A program made the position numbers and the translations under genes. Positions 31,995 through 41,848 of a stretch of DNA of 64,000 nucleotides are shown here, piece after piece. The stretch is from Methanocaldococcus sp. 16A (GTDB lineage: Archaea; AGJL01; Methanococci; Methanococcales; Methanocaldococcaceae). Under the pieces are notes generated by a model. That model searched no databases, was not told where the DNA came from, and saw only the letters and a list, made by a program, of their open reading frames with translations. The stretch lies in the NCBI GenBank assembly GCA_049860595.1, contig CP187551.1, one strand, 5' to 3'. Each line of letters opens with the position of its first letter. Position 1 is the first letter of the stretch.

Positions 31995-33107
31995 TTATCT
32001 CTCATCTAAAAATTCTTTAATTCTTTCTAAACCCTCTTTAATGTTTTCGTAAGAGTTGGCATAGCTAATCCTTATACAATTCTTTCCTTTACTTCCAAAA
32101 CCTATTCCTGGAGTTAAAGCGACATATTTCTCTTTCAATAATTTGTAACCAAATTCTCTCCCATCCTCTCCAATGTTTGGAAAGACATAATAAGCTCCAA
32201 TTGGGTTATTAACTTTCCATCCAAAATATTTAACATATTTTAAAACCAATTTCCTCCTTCTATTAAATTCTTTTATCATATTATTTATTTCTTTTTCAGT
32301 TTCTTTTTCAAAGGCTTTTAACGCGGCATATTGAGACATTGTTGGAGCTGAGATGAATAAATTTTGCTGTAATTTTAACACTGCTTCAATAATTTTTTTA
32401 TTTGATAGAACATAACCAATTCTCCATCCAGTCATCGCATACAGCTTAGAGAATCCGTTAACTAATATTGTTTTTTCCAAATTTTCATCAAACTCATTTG
32501 CTGAATAGCATTTTCCTTCATAAACTAAGCCGTTGTAGATTTCATCAGAGATAATGTAAGGGATGTTTTCATAAGCAAATTCATAAATCTCTCTATCTAC
32601 AACCTCTCCTAATGGATTAGATGGGGAATTTATGATTATAGCTTTAGTTTTATTAGATAATGCCTTTTCTAAACTTTCAACTGTAAAATCACAAAATACT
32701 GGTTTAGCTCCCAAAAACCTAATAAAATTTTTATAACATGGATATGATGGATTTTGAATTAAAACTTCATCTCCCTCATCAATTATTGAAGATAGAGCAA
32801 AAAATAAACCTAAAGAACTACCTCCAGTAATGATTATGTTATCTGGATTTATATCTGCTTTATATTTACCTTTATATAGTTCTCCAATCTTCTCTCTTAA
32901 CTCTAAAATACCTCTACTGTCTGTATAATGAGTAAATCCTTCTTTTAAAGCTTTAATACCCTCTTCAACTATTGACTTTGGAGTATTAAAATCTGGCTCC
33001 CCAATCTCTAAATGTATAACCTTTTTTTCATTTTCAAGTTTTTGAGCTAAAGCCAAAATATCCATAACCTCAAATGATTCAAAATTTAAAAGTCTTTTTG
33101 ATAACAT
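31995..33107 (-). CDS. Class I PLP aminotransferase (probably MfnC, methanofuran biosynthesis)
   Basis: IGEPDF, NSPSNPLG, SDEIY, GFSKLYAMTGWRIG; MfnC assignment by recalled similarity and position to MJ0684. Confidence 0.8.
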   Translation of the reverse strand: MLSKRLLNFESFEVMDILALAQKLENEKKVIHLEIGEPDFNTPKSIVEEGIKALKEGFTHYTDSRGILELREKIGELYKGKYKADINPDNIIITGGSSLGLFFALSSIIDEGDEVLIQNPSYPCYKNFIRFLGAKPVFCDFTVESLEKALSNKTKAIIINSPSNPLGEVVDREIYEFAYENIPYIISDEIYNGLVYEGKCYSANEFDENLEKTILVNGFSKLYAMTGWRIGYVLSNKKIIEAVLKLQQNLFISAPTMSQYAALKAFEKETEKEINNMIKEFNRRRKLVLKYVKYFGWKVNNPIGAYYVFPNIGEDGREFGYKLLKEKYVALTPGIGFGSKGKNCIRISYANSYENIKEGLERIKEFLDER

Positions 33108-33179
33108 AAGCACCACCATTATAAATGTTAAAGATAAATAGTTATTAATTATTAATACTAAAAAAAATGGATAAACAAC

Positions 33180-33257
33180 TATATGACTTTCACAAGAATA
33201 AATCGTTTATTTGCATCCAACTACCTTATTAAATAAATATATTGCGAAAGTCCTATA
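33180..33257 (-). repeat. Palindromic MITE-like repeat, copy B (inverted relative to copy A)
   Basis: GCATCCAACTACCTTATTAAATAAATATATTGC closely matches the reverse complement of the copy A interior; end TGCGAAAGTCCTATA. Confidence 0.75.
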
Positions 33258-33289
33258 CTAAATCAAATATTTTATTGTGGTGGCATAAA

Positions 33290-34045
33290 ATGATTATCGC
33301 TGTTAGTGGAAAAGGTGGAGTTGGAAAGACAGCATTTACAACACTATTGATTAAAGCATTATCCAAAAAAACAAATAGCATTTTAGTAGTTGATGCTGAC
33401 CCTGACTCAAATCTGCCAGAAACTTTAGGTGTTGAAGTAGAAAAAACTGTAGGGGATATTAGAGAAGAGTTAAAAAAGTTAGTAGAAAAAGATGAGATTC
33501 CTGCAGGAATGACAAAATTAGACTATTTAAGAAGTAAGATTTTTGAGATTTTGGTTGAAACAAAACATTATGACTTGTTAGTCATGGGAAGACCTGAAGG
33601 TAGTGGTTGTTATTGCAGTGTAAATAATTGGTTAAGGCAGATAATAGATAATCTATCTAAGGATTATGAATTTGTTGTTATAGATACTGAAGCGGGTTTA
33701 GAACATCTTAGTAGAAGGACTACTCAAAATGTAGATGTTATGGTAGTTATAACTGATGCTTCAAAAAGAGGTTTAGGTACTGCAAAGAGAATAAAAAAGT
33801 TAGCTAATGAGTTAGAGGTTAAGTTTAAGGATATTTATGTTGTAGCAAATAAAGTTAAACCTGAGCATGAAGAGTTAATTGAAAAATATGCAAAAGAACT
33901 TGGATTAAATTTAATTGGAAAACTTCCTTATAACAAAGAGATAGCTGAGTATGATTTAAAAGGTATTCCTCTCTGGAATTTACCAGAAAATAATGAAGTT
34001 TATAAAAAAGTTGAAGAGATTGCTGAGAAAATAATTAAAAAATAA
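33290..34045 (+). CDS. CooC/AcsF-type nickel-insertion ATPase
   Basis: GKGGVGKT, DADP, GSGCYC, DTEAGLEHLSR; ORF-track TTG start lies inside the repeat. Confidence 0.9.
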   Translation: MIIAVSGKGGVGKTAFTTLLIKALSKKTNSILVVDADPDSNLPETLGVEVEKTVGDIREELKKLVEKDEIPAGMTKLDYLRSKIFEILVETKHYDLLVMGRPEGSGCYCSVNNWLRQIIDNLSKDYEFVVIDTEAGLEHLSRRTTQNVDVMVVITDASKRGLGTAKRIKKLANELEVKFKDIYVVANKVKPEHEELIEKYAKELGLNLIGKLPYNKEIAEYDLKGIPLWNLPENNEVYKKVEEIAEKIIKK

Positions 34046-34050
34046 AATTT

Positions 34051-35049
34051 TTACTCAATCATTGAATTTGCTATTTTTATTACTTCATCTTTGTTTAATT
34101 TACTCATTATACCTACTCTAACTCCATTATAAGAGAATGTTAATGATGTATATCCATAACTTTCATAGATTGTAGCATTAACTCCATTATTTAATGTAAT
34201 TTTATTATTGCCTATATTTGTTTGATTTCCCATATCTTTCATTTCCATTATCATTAACTCCCCAGTTTCCCCATAAACTAAGCTAACCATTTCAAACTCT
34301 TCTCCATTCATATTTTGTTTTGCTGAGTTAGCCTTTTGTAATTTTAAATTTGCAGTGTATTTTGGAATTAATATTTTGAAACTAACATCTTTTTGAATCT
34401 CATTTATATTAGTTGAAGTAGCTACTTTTCCAGAACCTATTAACTCAGCTCCTTTTGGAGGAGTAAAGCTGAATTTGCTGTCTGGAATATCTACATTGAA
34501 TTTAACATTTTTATATTCAATAACCATATCTTTTGACTCTATTTTAAGTGGCTGCCAGTAATTTTCATCAACATATATTTTCATTTTAATTGTTGAGTCT
34601 TTTTTAGGAATTAACTCTAAAACATAGCACTTTTTATTATCATAATTTTCTTCTCCTAAGTATTTGACGTCATATTCTTTCAACATTTCTTTAATAAATT
34701 TCCCATAATCTGGGTTATATGGATTTTCTTCCCCTTTAATTTCAGTTTTCATATATTTGTTACTCTTCTTATCATAAATATACATTGTCTTTCCATCAGA
34801 AACTATTAAAACATCATCATTTTCCATATAGTATTTATTTGGTTTTTTAAAAGCATAGCTATATTCTATCGTCTTTACCTTTCCATTTACATTTAATGTC
34901 ATTACTAAATTTCCTTCCATAGTGTTAATACTTTCATACTTTTCTTGCATTTTCTTTGCTATCTCATCTGCATTCATCTGCTGTGTGCATCCTGCAAAGA
35001 TAATGCCTAAAACTAAAAATAAGGAAAGTATTAGGTATTTATATCTCAT
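34051..35049 (-). CDS. Lipoprotein with LolA-like (lipoprotein-sorting) fold
   Basis: Signal peptide ending FAGC; FKKPNKY, VSDGKTMYIYD, FNVDIPDSKFSFTPP. Confidence 0.8.
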   Translation of the reverse strand: MRYKYLILSLFLVLGIIFAGCTQQMNADEIAKKMQEKYESINTMEGNLVMTLNVNGKVKTIEYSYAFKKPNKYYMENDDVLIVSDGKTMYIYDKKSNKYMKTEIKGEENPYNPDYGKFIKEMLKEYDVKYLGEENYDNKKCYVLELIPKKDSTIKMKIYVDENYWQPLKIESKDMVIEYKNVKFNVDIPDSKFSFTPPKGAELIGSGKVATSTNINEIQKDVSFKILIPKYTANLKLQKANSAKQNMNGEEFEMVSLVYGETGELMIMEMKDMGNQTNIGNNKITLNNGVNATIYESYGYTSLTFSYNGVRVGIMSKLNKDEVIKIANSMIE

Positions 35050-35156
35050 AATTCCACTCTCAGTTTAATAATGTAAAGTAAAAGCCCAAATTGGGTAAAA
35101 TCATTTATTATTTTATTTATATTTAAATGTTTCTAAAATTTCAAAAATGTGATAAA

Positions 35157-35564
35157 ATGAATGTGAAAGCAGTAGTTGAATTCATAAAAAACTTTTCTAA
35201 TTCAAAAAATTGCAAAAAAATAGCTGAGGTTGGTGTTGGGTTTAAATTTGATGTTGCAAAAGAGTTAAGCAGATGTTTTGATTTAATGGTTATTGATATC
35301 AATGAAAAAGCTGTTGAAAAAGCTAAATTTTTTGGATTGAAAGCTTATAAAGATGATTTATTTAATCCAAATATAAATTTATACAAAGATGTTAATTTAA
35401 TATATTCTATAAGACCTCCTAGAGATTTACAGCCCTATATTCTATATTTATCAAAAGAGATTAATGCTAATTTAATTATAAGGCCTCTTTTAAATGAAAT
35501 TCCTATAAAAGAGCTAAAACTAAAAAACTATAAAGGGGAAGTGTTTTATATAAAAGAGATTTAA
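35157..35564 (+). CDS. UPF0146-family protein
   Basis: EVGVG, DDLFNP, YSIRPP. Confidence 0.85.
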   Translation: MNVKAVVEFIKNFSNSKNCKKIAEVGVGFKFDVAKELSRCFDLMVIDINEKAVEKAKFFGLKAYKDDLFNPNINLYKDVNLIYSIRPPRDLQPYILYLSKEINANLIIRPLLNEIPIKELKLKNYKGEVFYIKEI

Positions 35565-35720
35565 TTAAGCTTTCAATTTCTTTCTTCTCCAGTATCTCAT
35601 TTTTGGATGGAATCTAACTCTTCCTCTTGTTTTAACAATAACAAACAATGGAACTCTTCTATTCTGCTTCAAAGCCTTAGCCAATCTCAACTTCTTTCCT
35701 AATGGCTTGTTGCTTCCCAT
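35565..35720 (-). CDS. rpl39e: 50S ribosomal protein L39e (missed by ORF track)
   Basis: Manual translation [51 protein letters not shown]. Confidence 0.96.
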   Translation of the reverse strand: MGSNKPLGKKLRLAKALKQNRRVPLFVIVKTRGRVRFHPKMRYWRRKKLKA

Positions 35721-35729
35721 CATTCTCAC

Positions 35730-36323
35730 CTAAATTTTCTTTTTTAATCCAACTACTCTTGTTTGTTTATGTTCTGGGAAATATTTTTCAGGATTTTCTC
35801 CTCTTTCCTTCAATATATACCTAATTTCAGCCTCGTAGTCAGAGCTCAACTTAGTTCCACTTTTTATCTCTTCTAATATAAAAAATTCACTTGCTAAATG
35901 TCTTAATGTTTTATAACCAAGACCCATTAATGGGGTTATATATTGAATATTTTTCCTCATCTCTAAGCTCTGAATCTCTGAATAGCTGAGCTTTGGAACT
36001 TTATCATCTCTTCTTGTCCCATCCGCTAAAATGCTGTATTCATCAGCTAAAATTTCTAAGACAGTTTTATGAACATATTGTATAGCTGGAGCAGGATATT
36101 TATTCTCTATAATCATATCAGCAGCTTTTTCAACAATTTTTCTATCGAGAGTTATAACTTTATGCTTAAATCCCAAAATCCTAGCTGTCTCTTCAGCTAA
36201 TTTATAAGAAGGAATAACACCAAAATTTATAGTTATTAAATGAGGTTCATAACCAAGTTTTTTTAATATCACTGCTGAGAGGGAACTATCTTTCCCTCCA
36301 CTAAAGAGAACATGAACATCCAT
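35730..36323 (-). CDS. PP-loop (adenine nucleotide alpha hydrolase) protein
   Basis: LFSGGKDSS; ADGTRRDD; conserved rps19e-PDCD5-PP-loop-rpl39e context. Confidence 0.85.
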   Translation of the reverse strand: MDVHVLFSGGKDSSLSAVILKKLGYEPHLITINFGVIPSYKLAEETARILGFKHKVITLDRKIVEKAADMIIENKYPAPAIQYVHKTVLEILADEYSILADGTRRDDKVPKLSYSEIQSLEMRKNIQYITPLMGLGYKTLRHLASEFFILEEIKSGTKLSSDYEAEIRYILKERGENPEKYFPEHKQTRVVGLKKKI

Positions 36324-36328
36324 AAGTT

Positions 36329-36658
36329 TCACTTTCTAATGATTTTAATATCTCTCTTTCTCTTTGTCATAGCACTTAATCTCTCAAGTAAAGCTTTAAA
36401 GTCCTCATCTTTTAATGGAATAGGTAATCTACCAAGTTGAGCTAATTGAATCAGTTGCATTTCAACAGCTTCAGCAAATTCTGGTCTCGCTAATCTTATT
36501 CTCTCCAATCTCTCTCTTGCTTCAGGAGCCAATATCTTTCTTAATAATGCTCTTTTTTGCATTTCAGCTTCTAATAATGCCTCTTCTTGCTGTTGTTGTT
36601 CAGCAAGCTTTTTTTGCATTTCAAGAAGCTTTCTTCTTTTAATTTCTTCAATATCCAT
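36329..36658 (-). CDS. PDCD5-family DNA-binding protein
   Basis: ILAPEARERLERIRLARPEFAEAVE. Confidence 0.92.
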   Translation of the reverse strand: MDIEEIKRRKLLEMQKKLAEQQQQEEALLEAEMQKRALLRKILAPEARERLERIRLARPEFAEAVEMQLIQLAQLGRLPIPLKDEDFKALLERLSAMTKRKRDIKIIRK

Positions 36659-36669
36659 TTTGCATCCCC

Positions 36670-37116
36670 TTAGTATTTAGCAAGAGCAGGGATTTCATTG
36701 ATTATTTCATCCCTAACCTCTTTAGCAATGTTGTCTAAGAAACTTCTACCTTTTGGTGTAATAACTCTACCTTCTGGTGTCTTTTCAACAAATCCTAATT
36801 TTTCTAATTCTTGTAAAGCTTTTCTAATGATATTTCCACTACCTTTGTAGAAGTGCTCAGGAGCATGACCTCTATTTTTTCTTCCTCCGTAAGCAGTTCT
36901 TAATCTTGAAACTCCAACTGGGCCGTAAATATAGATTTTTCTTAAAATTGATGCACACCTTATATACCACCAGTCATCTTGCTCAGGTCTTCTCTCTCTG
37001 CTAACTCCTGTCTTAACAAAAGGGACCCACTCTGGAACTCCAATATTCATCTCTTTTAATTTTTCAGCTGTCTTCTGAATTAACTTATCAGCTGGAACAT
37101 CATAGACAGTTACCAT
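36670..37116 (-). CDS. rps19e: 30S ribosomal protein S19e
   Basis: [31 protein letters not shown]. Confidence 0.97.
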   Translation of the reverse strand: MVTVYDVPADKLIQKTAEKLKEMNIGVPEWVPFVKTGVSRERRPEQDDWWYIRCASILRKIYIYGPVGVSRLRTAYGGRKNRGHAPEHFYKGSGNIIRKALQELEKLGFVEKTPEGRVITPKGRSFLDNIAKEVRDEIINEIPALAKY

Positions 37117-37209
37117 TTTTGCACCTCTCTTAAATTATTTTAATTTATTTTTGATTTTCTCTGACTTCTTTATTTTGTGTTTAAGATTTAGATTTTTGTT
37201 AGTATAAAA

Positions 37210-37292
37210 CATCAAACTTTTTCACTTATATATTTTTAACTCTAAGAGTATCAACCTTTCCTTTAAAATTTTATCTTTGCGAAAGTTTTATT
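37210..37292 (+). repeat. Degenerate MITE-like repeat
   Basis: Right end TGCGAAAGTTTTATT (37278-37292) resembles the family terminus; left end weak. Confidence 0.4.
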
Positions 37293-37450
37293 AAACCAAC
37301 AAAACAAGCTTAGTATTAATTTGATTAAGTTATATTTATATCTTATTATTATTGATAGATACACCTTTAGGTCTAAAATTTAACTTTATAAAAAAGAGAA
37401 TCTAAGCCTCATATAAGACAATATAAAAAATGAATCCAAAAAGTTTCAAA

Positions 37451-37525
37451 TGGAGCCGGGGGTGGGATTTGAACCCACGTAAGGCGGATCTGCAGTCCGC
37501 TGCCTAGCCCCTAGACTACCCCGGC
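37451..37525 (-). tRNA. tRNA-Cys(GCA), CCA encoded
   Basis: Cloverleaf; anticodon arm GCGGA-CTGCAGA-TCCGC; TTCAAATC T-loop. Confidence 0.97.
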
Positions 37526-37567
37526 TCTCCAAACCTATGAGTTGCATACATAAACTATATAGAAGAG

Positions 37568-37576
37568 GTATATAAA
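37568..37576 (-). promoter_or_regulatory. TATA box of tRNA-Cys
   Basis: TTTATATAC on the minus strand, ATGC initiator about 31 nt downstream (G at 37545). Confidence 0.7.
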
Positions 37577-37618
37577 TTTTATGGTTTATATTTTAGCTAA
37601 TTTCTATATTAAAATTAT

Positions 37619-38245
37619 TTAATATATTTTATCACTGTAATATTTTTTCCACAATATTCTTAAACATTCAATAACCATCCTTTTAGCAATCTCATCTAAT
37701 GTATATGGAGTTATTGGCTCAAAATCTCTGATAAATTTCTCAGTTCCTACAACTATATGTCCCTCTTCATCCAAATTTAAAAACTTAGCTGGGCCTTTTG
37801 TATATTTAGCATCACAAACCTTTATTTTTTCTTCTATACCAAAAACCCCATTAGTTCCTATTGTTTTAATTCCTCTCTCTTTACAATAGTTTATGATTGC
37901 CCTTGTTGTAGGAATTGTGTCTCCACCTGCTATACATATAATTGCCACATCTCCTCTAATTAAACTAAGATTATCTTTAGTTATATTTTCTCTAAATGCT
38001 TCAACTCTATCTCCAAAAAATCTCTTTATAAAATCTACTTTGTATTCCCCAACCTTTCCCCCTAATCTTCTATGGATTATATCATTTTTTTCTATCTTAG
38101 CATTATCAAAAACATAAACTTTCTCTACCCCACCTCTATGCACTTCTAATAAATCAAAAGCTACTCTAACTCCCAACCTTCCACATCCAATTATTGAAAC
38201 TTCCCCTTTTGGTTTTAATTTTCTTTCCATCTCTTCAACATTCAT
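37619..38245 (-). CDS. hcgE: ThiF/E1-like adenylyltransferase, probably HcgE (FeGP cofactor of [Fe]-hydrogenase)
   Basis: IGCGRLG Rossmann motif, HRGG, IAGGDTIP; no Zn-site cysteines; assignment by recalled similarity to MJ0693. Confidence 0.65.
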   Translation of the reverse strand: MNVEEMERKLKPKGEVSIIGCGRLGVRVAFDLLEVHRGGVEKVYVFDNAKIEKNDIIHRRLGGKVGEYKVDFIKRFFGDRVEAFRENITKDNLSLIRGDVAIICIAGGDTIPTTRAIINYCKERGIKTIGTNGVFGIEEKIKVCDAKYTKGPAKFLNLDEEGHIVVGTEKFIRDFEPITPYTLDEIAKRMVIECLRILWKKYYSDKIY

Positions 38246-38344
38246 AAATATCCCATCTAAACAGAACTATTCTATAAGGAAAGTATTTATTTATGAAATT
38301 TTAATGTTGTTCTATATATAAAAACTTTAAGGAAGGTGATTATT

Positions 38345-39589
38345 TTGATTTATGTTGCTTTCACACCTTATGGAGCTTTTGGAGTTAAGGATAATAAAGA
38401 AGTTAATAGCTTAGATGACATAGAATATAAAAAATTGTTTAATGAAGATGAAATTCCAAATATAATGTTTAAATTAAAAACCCAACCAAATAAAATAGTA
38501 GATGAGCTAAAAGAGGAATGGGGAGATGAGATTAAATTAGAAATCCTTAGCGTTAAGCCATTTAATATAGGAGATTTCTTAAGAAATAATTTATTTGATG
38601 TTGGAAAGGAATTGGGATACTTCAATAATTATGAGGAATTTAGAAAGAAGATGCATTTTTGGAACACTGAGCTAACAAAAAAAGTTATAAAAAGTTATGC
38701 ACAACAAAAGGATAAAATCATTATTCAAGTTGCAGAAGCAATATCTGATTTAGATAAAACTCTAAACTTATTATCTGAGAGATTAAGAGAGTGGTATTCT
38801 CTCTATTTCCCAGAGTTAGACCACTTAGTTAATAAACATGAAGTTTATGCCAACTTAGTAACTAATCTAAAAAAGAGAGAAAACTTTACAAAGAGTCAGT
38901 TAAAAAAAATCCTCCCTTCAAAATTGTCTGGAAAAATTGCTGAAGCTGCAAAAAATTCAATGGGAGGAGAATTAGAAGATTATGATTTAAACGCTATTGT
39001 TAAATTTGCTGAAGAAATATGCCATTTATATGAAAAGAGAAAAGAGCTATATAACTATTTAGAGAAATTGATGAATGAAGAAGCTCCAAATATTACCAAA
39101 CTTGCAGGAGTTTCATTAGGGGCAAAATTAATAGGTTTGGCAGGAGGTTTAGAAAAATTATCTAAGATGCCTGCTTCAACAATACAAGTTTTAGGAGCTG
39201 AGAAAGCTTTATTCGCTCATTTAAGAACAGGAGCTGAACCTCCAAAACATGGTATAATTTATAATCACCCTTTAATTCAAGGTTCTCCACATTGGCAAAG
39301 AGGGAAAATTGCAAGGGCTTTAGCATGTAAATTAGCAATAGCTGCAAGAGCTGATTACGCTGGAGATTACATAGCAGATGAACTTTTAGAAAAGCTAAAT
39401 AAGAGAATTGAAGAGATTAAAAGGAAGTATCCAAAACCAAGAAAGAAAAAGAAGAAAGAGAAACCTAAAGCAAAGAAAAAAGAAAAGAAAGATAAGAAAG
39501 AAAAACCTAAGAAAAAGAAGGATAAGAAAAAAGACAAAAAAGGAAAAATGGAAAGAAAGGTTATAGGAAAAACAAAGAGCAGAAAATAA
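38345..39589 (+). CDS. nop5: C/D box sRNP protein Nop5 (Nop56/58)
   Basis: ERLREWYS..FPEL, PASTIQVLGAEKALF, PKHGII; Lys-rich tail. Confidence 0.96.
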   Translation: MIYVAFTPYGAFGVKDNKEVNSLDDIEYKKLFNEDEIPNIMFKLKTQPNKIVDELKEEWGDEIKLEILSVKPFNIGDFLRNNLFDVGKELGYFNNYEEFRKKMHFWNTELTKKVIKSYAQQKDKIIIQVAEAISDLDKTLNLLSERLREWYSLYFPELDHLVNKHEVYANLVTNLKKRENFTKSQLKKILPSKLSGKIAEAAKNSMGGELEDYDLNAIVKFAEEICHLYEKRKELYNYLEKLMNEEAPNITKLAGVSLGAKLIGLAGGLEKLSKMPASTIQVLGAEKALFAHLRTGAEPPKHGIIYNHPLIQGSPHWQRGKIARALACKLAIAARADYAGDYIADELLEKLNKRIEEIKRKYPKPRKKKKKEKPKAKKKEKKDKKEKPKKKKDKKKDKKGKMERKVIGKTKSRK

Positions 39590-39607
39590 TTAAATTTTAA
39601 TGACTTT

Positions 39608-39712
39608 TTATTGCTTTTTATTTTTATACTTTTTATTTTTGTTTATGTAATGAACGATTGAAGCATATATAATTGCATCAAGAATCAATAAAATCATTGT
39701 TATTTTATCCAT
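39608..39712 (-). pseudogene. Truncated membrane-protein paralog (34 aa)
   Basis: GGGA RBS + MDKITMILLILDAIIYASIVHYINKNKKYKNKKQ*; N-terminus resembles that of the adjacent gene. Confidence 0.45.
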
Positions 39713-39719
39713 ATTCCCA

Positions 39720-40251
39720 CTATTTTTGTTTTAAATGCTTTTTTATAATGTTTTCAATTTCTTCATCATAAGGTAAATAAATTCTTTTAATTGAACAAAC
39801 TTTTTCTCCTAAAATTTTTTTCTTATTAAATAACAATTCAATAAAATCCCCATCTTTTTTAAAATCCTCAAATTTCTCCCAATTTATAAATCTGTTAATG
39901 TAATAAATTCCATCTTCACATAAATAAACAATAATTTCCTTATTAAATGCTTTCCAAATAATAATCGATGATAATCCTATCAAAAACAAACTAACGAAGT
40001 AGGATAGCTTAAACTTCCCCCTCATAACATAAGATTATGGATAACAATAAACCTAACATAACCATTCCAAAAATAATAACTGGAAAGTATTTTTTATCAA
40101 ACTCTGCCTTTTTACCATAAAATATATTAAGATAATGCATTTTAATTTCTCTTAAGATTTTTGTTTTAATCTTTGGTTGCATTTTTGTTATTTTGTGGAA
40201 GATAACACTTTGTATTAAAAATATAAATGAGAGATATAGAAGAGTATCCAT
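39720..40251 (-). pseudogene. Membrane protein with C-terminal PH-like domain (DUF5673-like), split by a frameshift
   Basis: ORFs 40009-40251 and 39720-40025 fuse (LCYEGKFKLSY) if one G is removed from the G5 run at 40017-40021; EDGI...INWEKF motif. Confidence 0.65.
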
Positions 40252-40515
40252 ACTCTCTCACCACATTTATTTAGAGTAATTCTTATATGATGATAAATTA
40301 AATAAAATTTGAGGGAAAATATTATTACTTGTTATGGATGATGCTTGAATTGTTCCTGATTACTATAAATAGTATAAAGACGTTATTCCATGGTTAAAAA
40401 TAATAATTAAAAAGTAAATACTCTTTTACACTATAAATTAAATGTCTTTCTTTGCTATTGTTTAGAAGCAGAATTATTTATATACTCGCATCATTATCTA
40501 TTTTTTGGTGATAAA

Positions 40516-41205
40516 ATGGAAAATGTAAAAATTAGAGAGATTTTTGAAAACATTTATGAAGTTGATTTAGAAGATGGTTTAAAAAGAATAGCAACAAAAT
40601 CTATTGTTAAAGGAAAAAAAGTATATGATGAAAAAATAATAAAGATTGGAGATGATGAGTATAGAATTTGGAATCCAAATAAAAGTAAATTGGCTGCTGC
40701 AATAATTAAAGGTTTAAAAGTTATGCCAATAAAGAGAGATTCAAAAATTCTATACTTAGGAGCTTCAGCAGGTACAACACCATCTCACGTTGCAGATATT
40801 GCTGATAAAGGTATTGTTTATGCTGTAGAATATGCTCCAAGAATTATGAGAGAGCTCTTAGATGCATGTGCTGAGAGAGAAAACATAATCCCAATTTTAG
40901 GAGATGCTAATAAACCTCAAGAGTATGCAAATATTGTTGAAAAGGTAGATGTTATATATGAGGATGTTGCTCAGCCTAATCAAGCAGAGATATTAATTAA
41001 AAATGCCAAATGGTTTTTAAAGAAAGGAGGATATGGGATGATAGCAATAAAGGCAAGAAGTATAGATGTCACAAAAAATCCTAAGGAGATTTTTAAAGAA
41101 CAAAAAGAAATTTTAGAAAAAAATGGTTTTAAGATAGTTGATGAAATTGATATAGAACCTTTTGAAAAAGACCATATTATGTTTGTGTGTCGCTGGGAAG
41201 GTTAA
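40516..41205 (+). CDS. flpA: Fibrillarin-like rRNA/tRNA 2'-O-methyltransferase
   Basis: [36 protein letters not shown]. Confidence 0.97.
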   Translation: MENVKIREIFENIYEVDLEDGLKRIATKSIVKGKKVYDEKIIKIGDDEYRIWNPNKSKLAAAIIKGLKVMPIKRDSKILYLGASAGTTPSHVADIADKGIVYAVEYAPRIMRELLDACAERENIIPILGDANKPQEYANIVEKVDVIYEDVAQPNQAEILIKNAKWFLKKGGYGMIAIKARSIDVTKNPKEIFKEQKEILEKNGFKIVDEIDIEPFEKDHIMFVCRWEG

Positions 41206-41215
41206 AGGTGAAAAT

Positions 41216-41794
41216 ATGAGAGTTTTTGAAGTAATGAGAGAAACAAAGGAGACAAATGTTTATTTAAAAATAAATATTGACGGAACTGGAAAGTATAAAA
41301 TAGATACTGGAATTCCATTTTTTGACCATTTATTGGCATCTTTTGCTAAACATGGATGTTTTGATTTAATTGTTAAAGCAAGAGGAGATTTAGAGATTGA
41401 CGACCACCATACAGTTGAAGATGTGGGAATTTGCTTAGGCTTAGCTCTAAATCAAATAGAGAGAAAAAATATTTTTAGATTTGGATGGGCAATAATTCCA
41501 ATGGACGATGCAAGGGCAATGGTTTCAATAGATATAGGAGGAAGAAGTTATTGTGTGGGAAATTATAAACCAGAGAGAGAATATATTGGAGATTTGGCAA
41601 CAGAGAATATAAATCACTTTTTTGAGTCAGTGGCAAGCTATGGAATGCTAAATATCCATTATGAAGTTGTTGGTAAAAATGAGCATCACAAGGCTGAGGC
41701 GTTATTTAAAGCGTTTGGTGTTGCTTTAGATTTAGCTACAAAATTTGACGATAGAAAGGGAATTGTAAGTACAAAAGGAGAAGTTAAGCTATAG
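41216..41794 (+). CDS. hisB: Imidazoleglycerol-phosphate dehydratase
   Basis: [30 protein letters not shown]. Confidence 0.97.
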   Translation: MRVFEVMRETKETNVYLKINIDGTGKYKIDTGIPFFDHLLASFAKHGCFDLIVKARGDLEIDDHHTVEDVGICLGLALNQIERKNIFRFGWAIIPMDDARAMVSIDIGGRSYCVGNYKPEREYIGDLATENINHFFESVASYGMLNIHYEVVGKNEHHKAEALFKAFGVALDLATKFDDRKGIVSTKGEVKL

Positions 41795-41833
41795 AATTTT
41801 CATTAAAAAATTTATTCCTGCGAAAGTCCTATT
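41790..41833 (+). repeat. Internally deleted MITE-like repeat
   Basis: TATAGAATTTTCA...AAATTTATTCCTGCGAAAGTCCTATT. Confidence 0.7.
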
Positions 41834-41848
41834 AATTTTTATTTGAAT

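Noticed and set aside
39430-39589. Low-complexity A/G-rich tract
   Set aside because: Encodes the Lys-rich tail typical of Nop5/Nop56/58 proteins.
40287-40359. Possible C/D box sRNA near nop5/fibrillarin (ATGATGA ... ATGATGC ... CTGA)
   Set aside because: Box spacing is atypical, D' is poor, and the would-be guides are AT-rich with no rRNA/tRNA complementarity I could find.
40484-40491. ACTCGCAT in the fibrillarin promoter region, complementary to the same 16S site as the 20201 element
   Set aside because: Only 8 nt and directly after a TATA box, so probably not transcribed; expected by chance.
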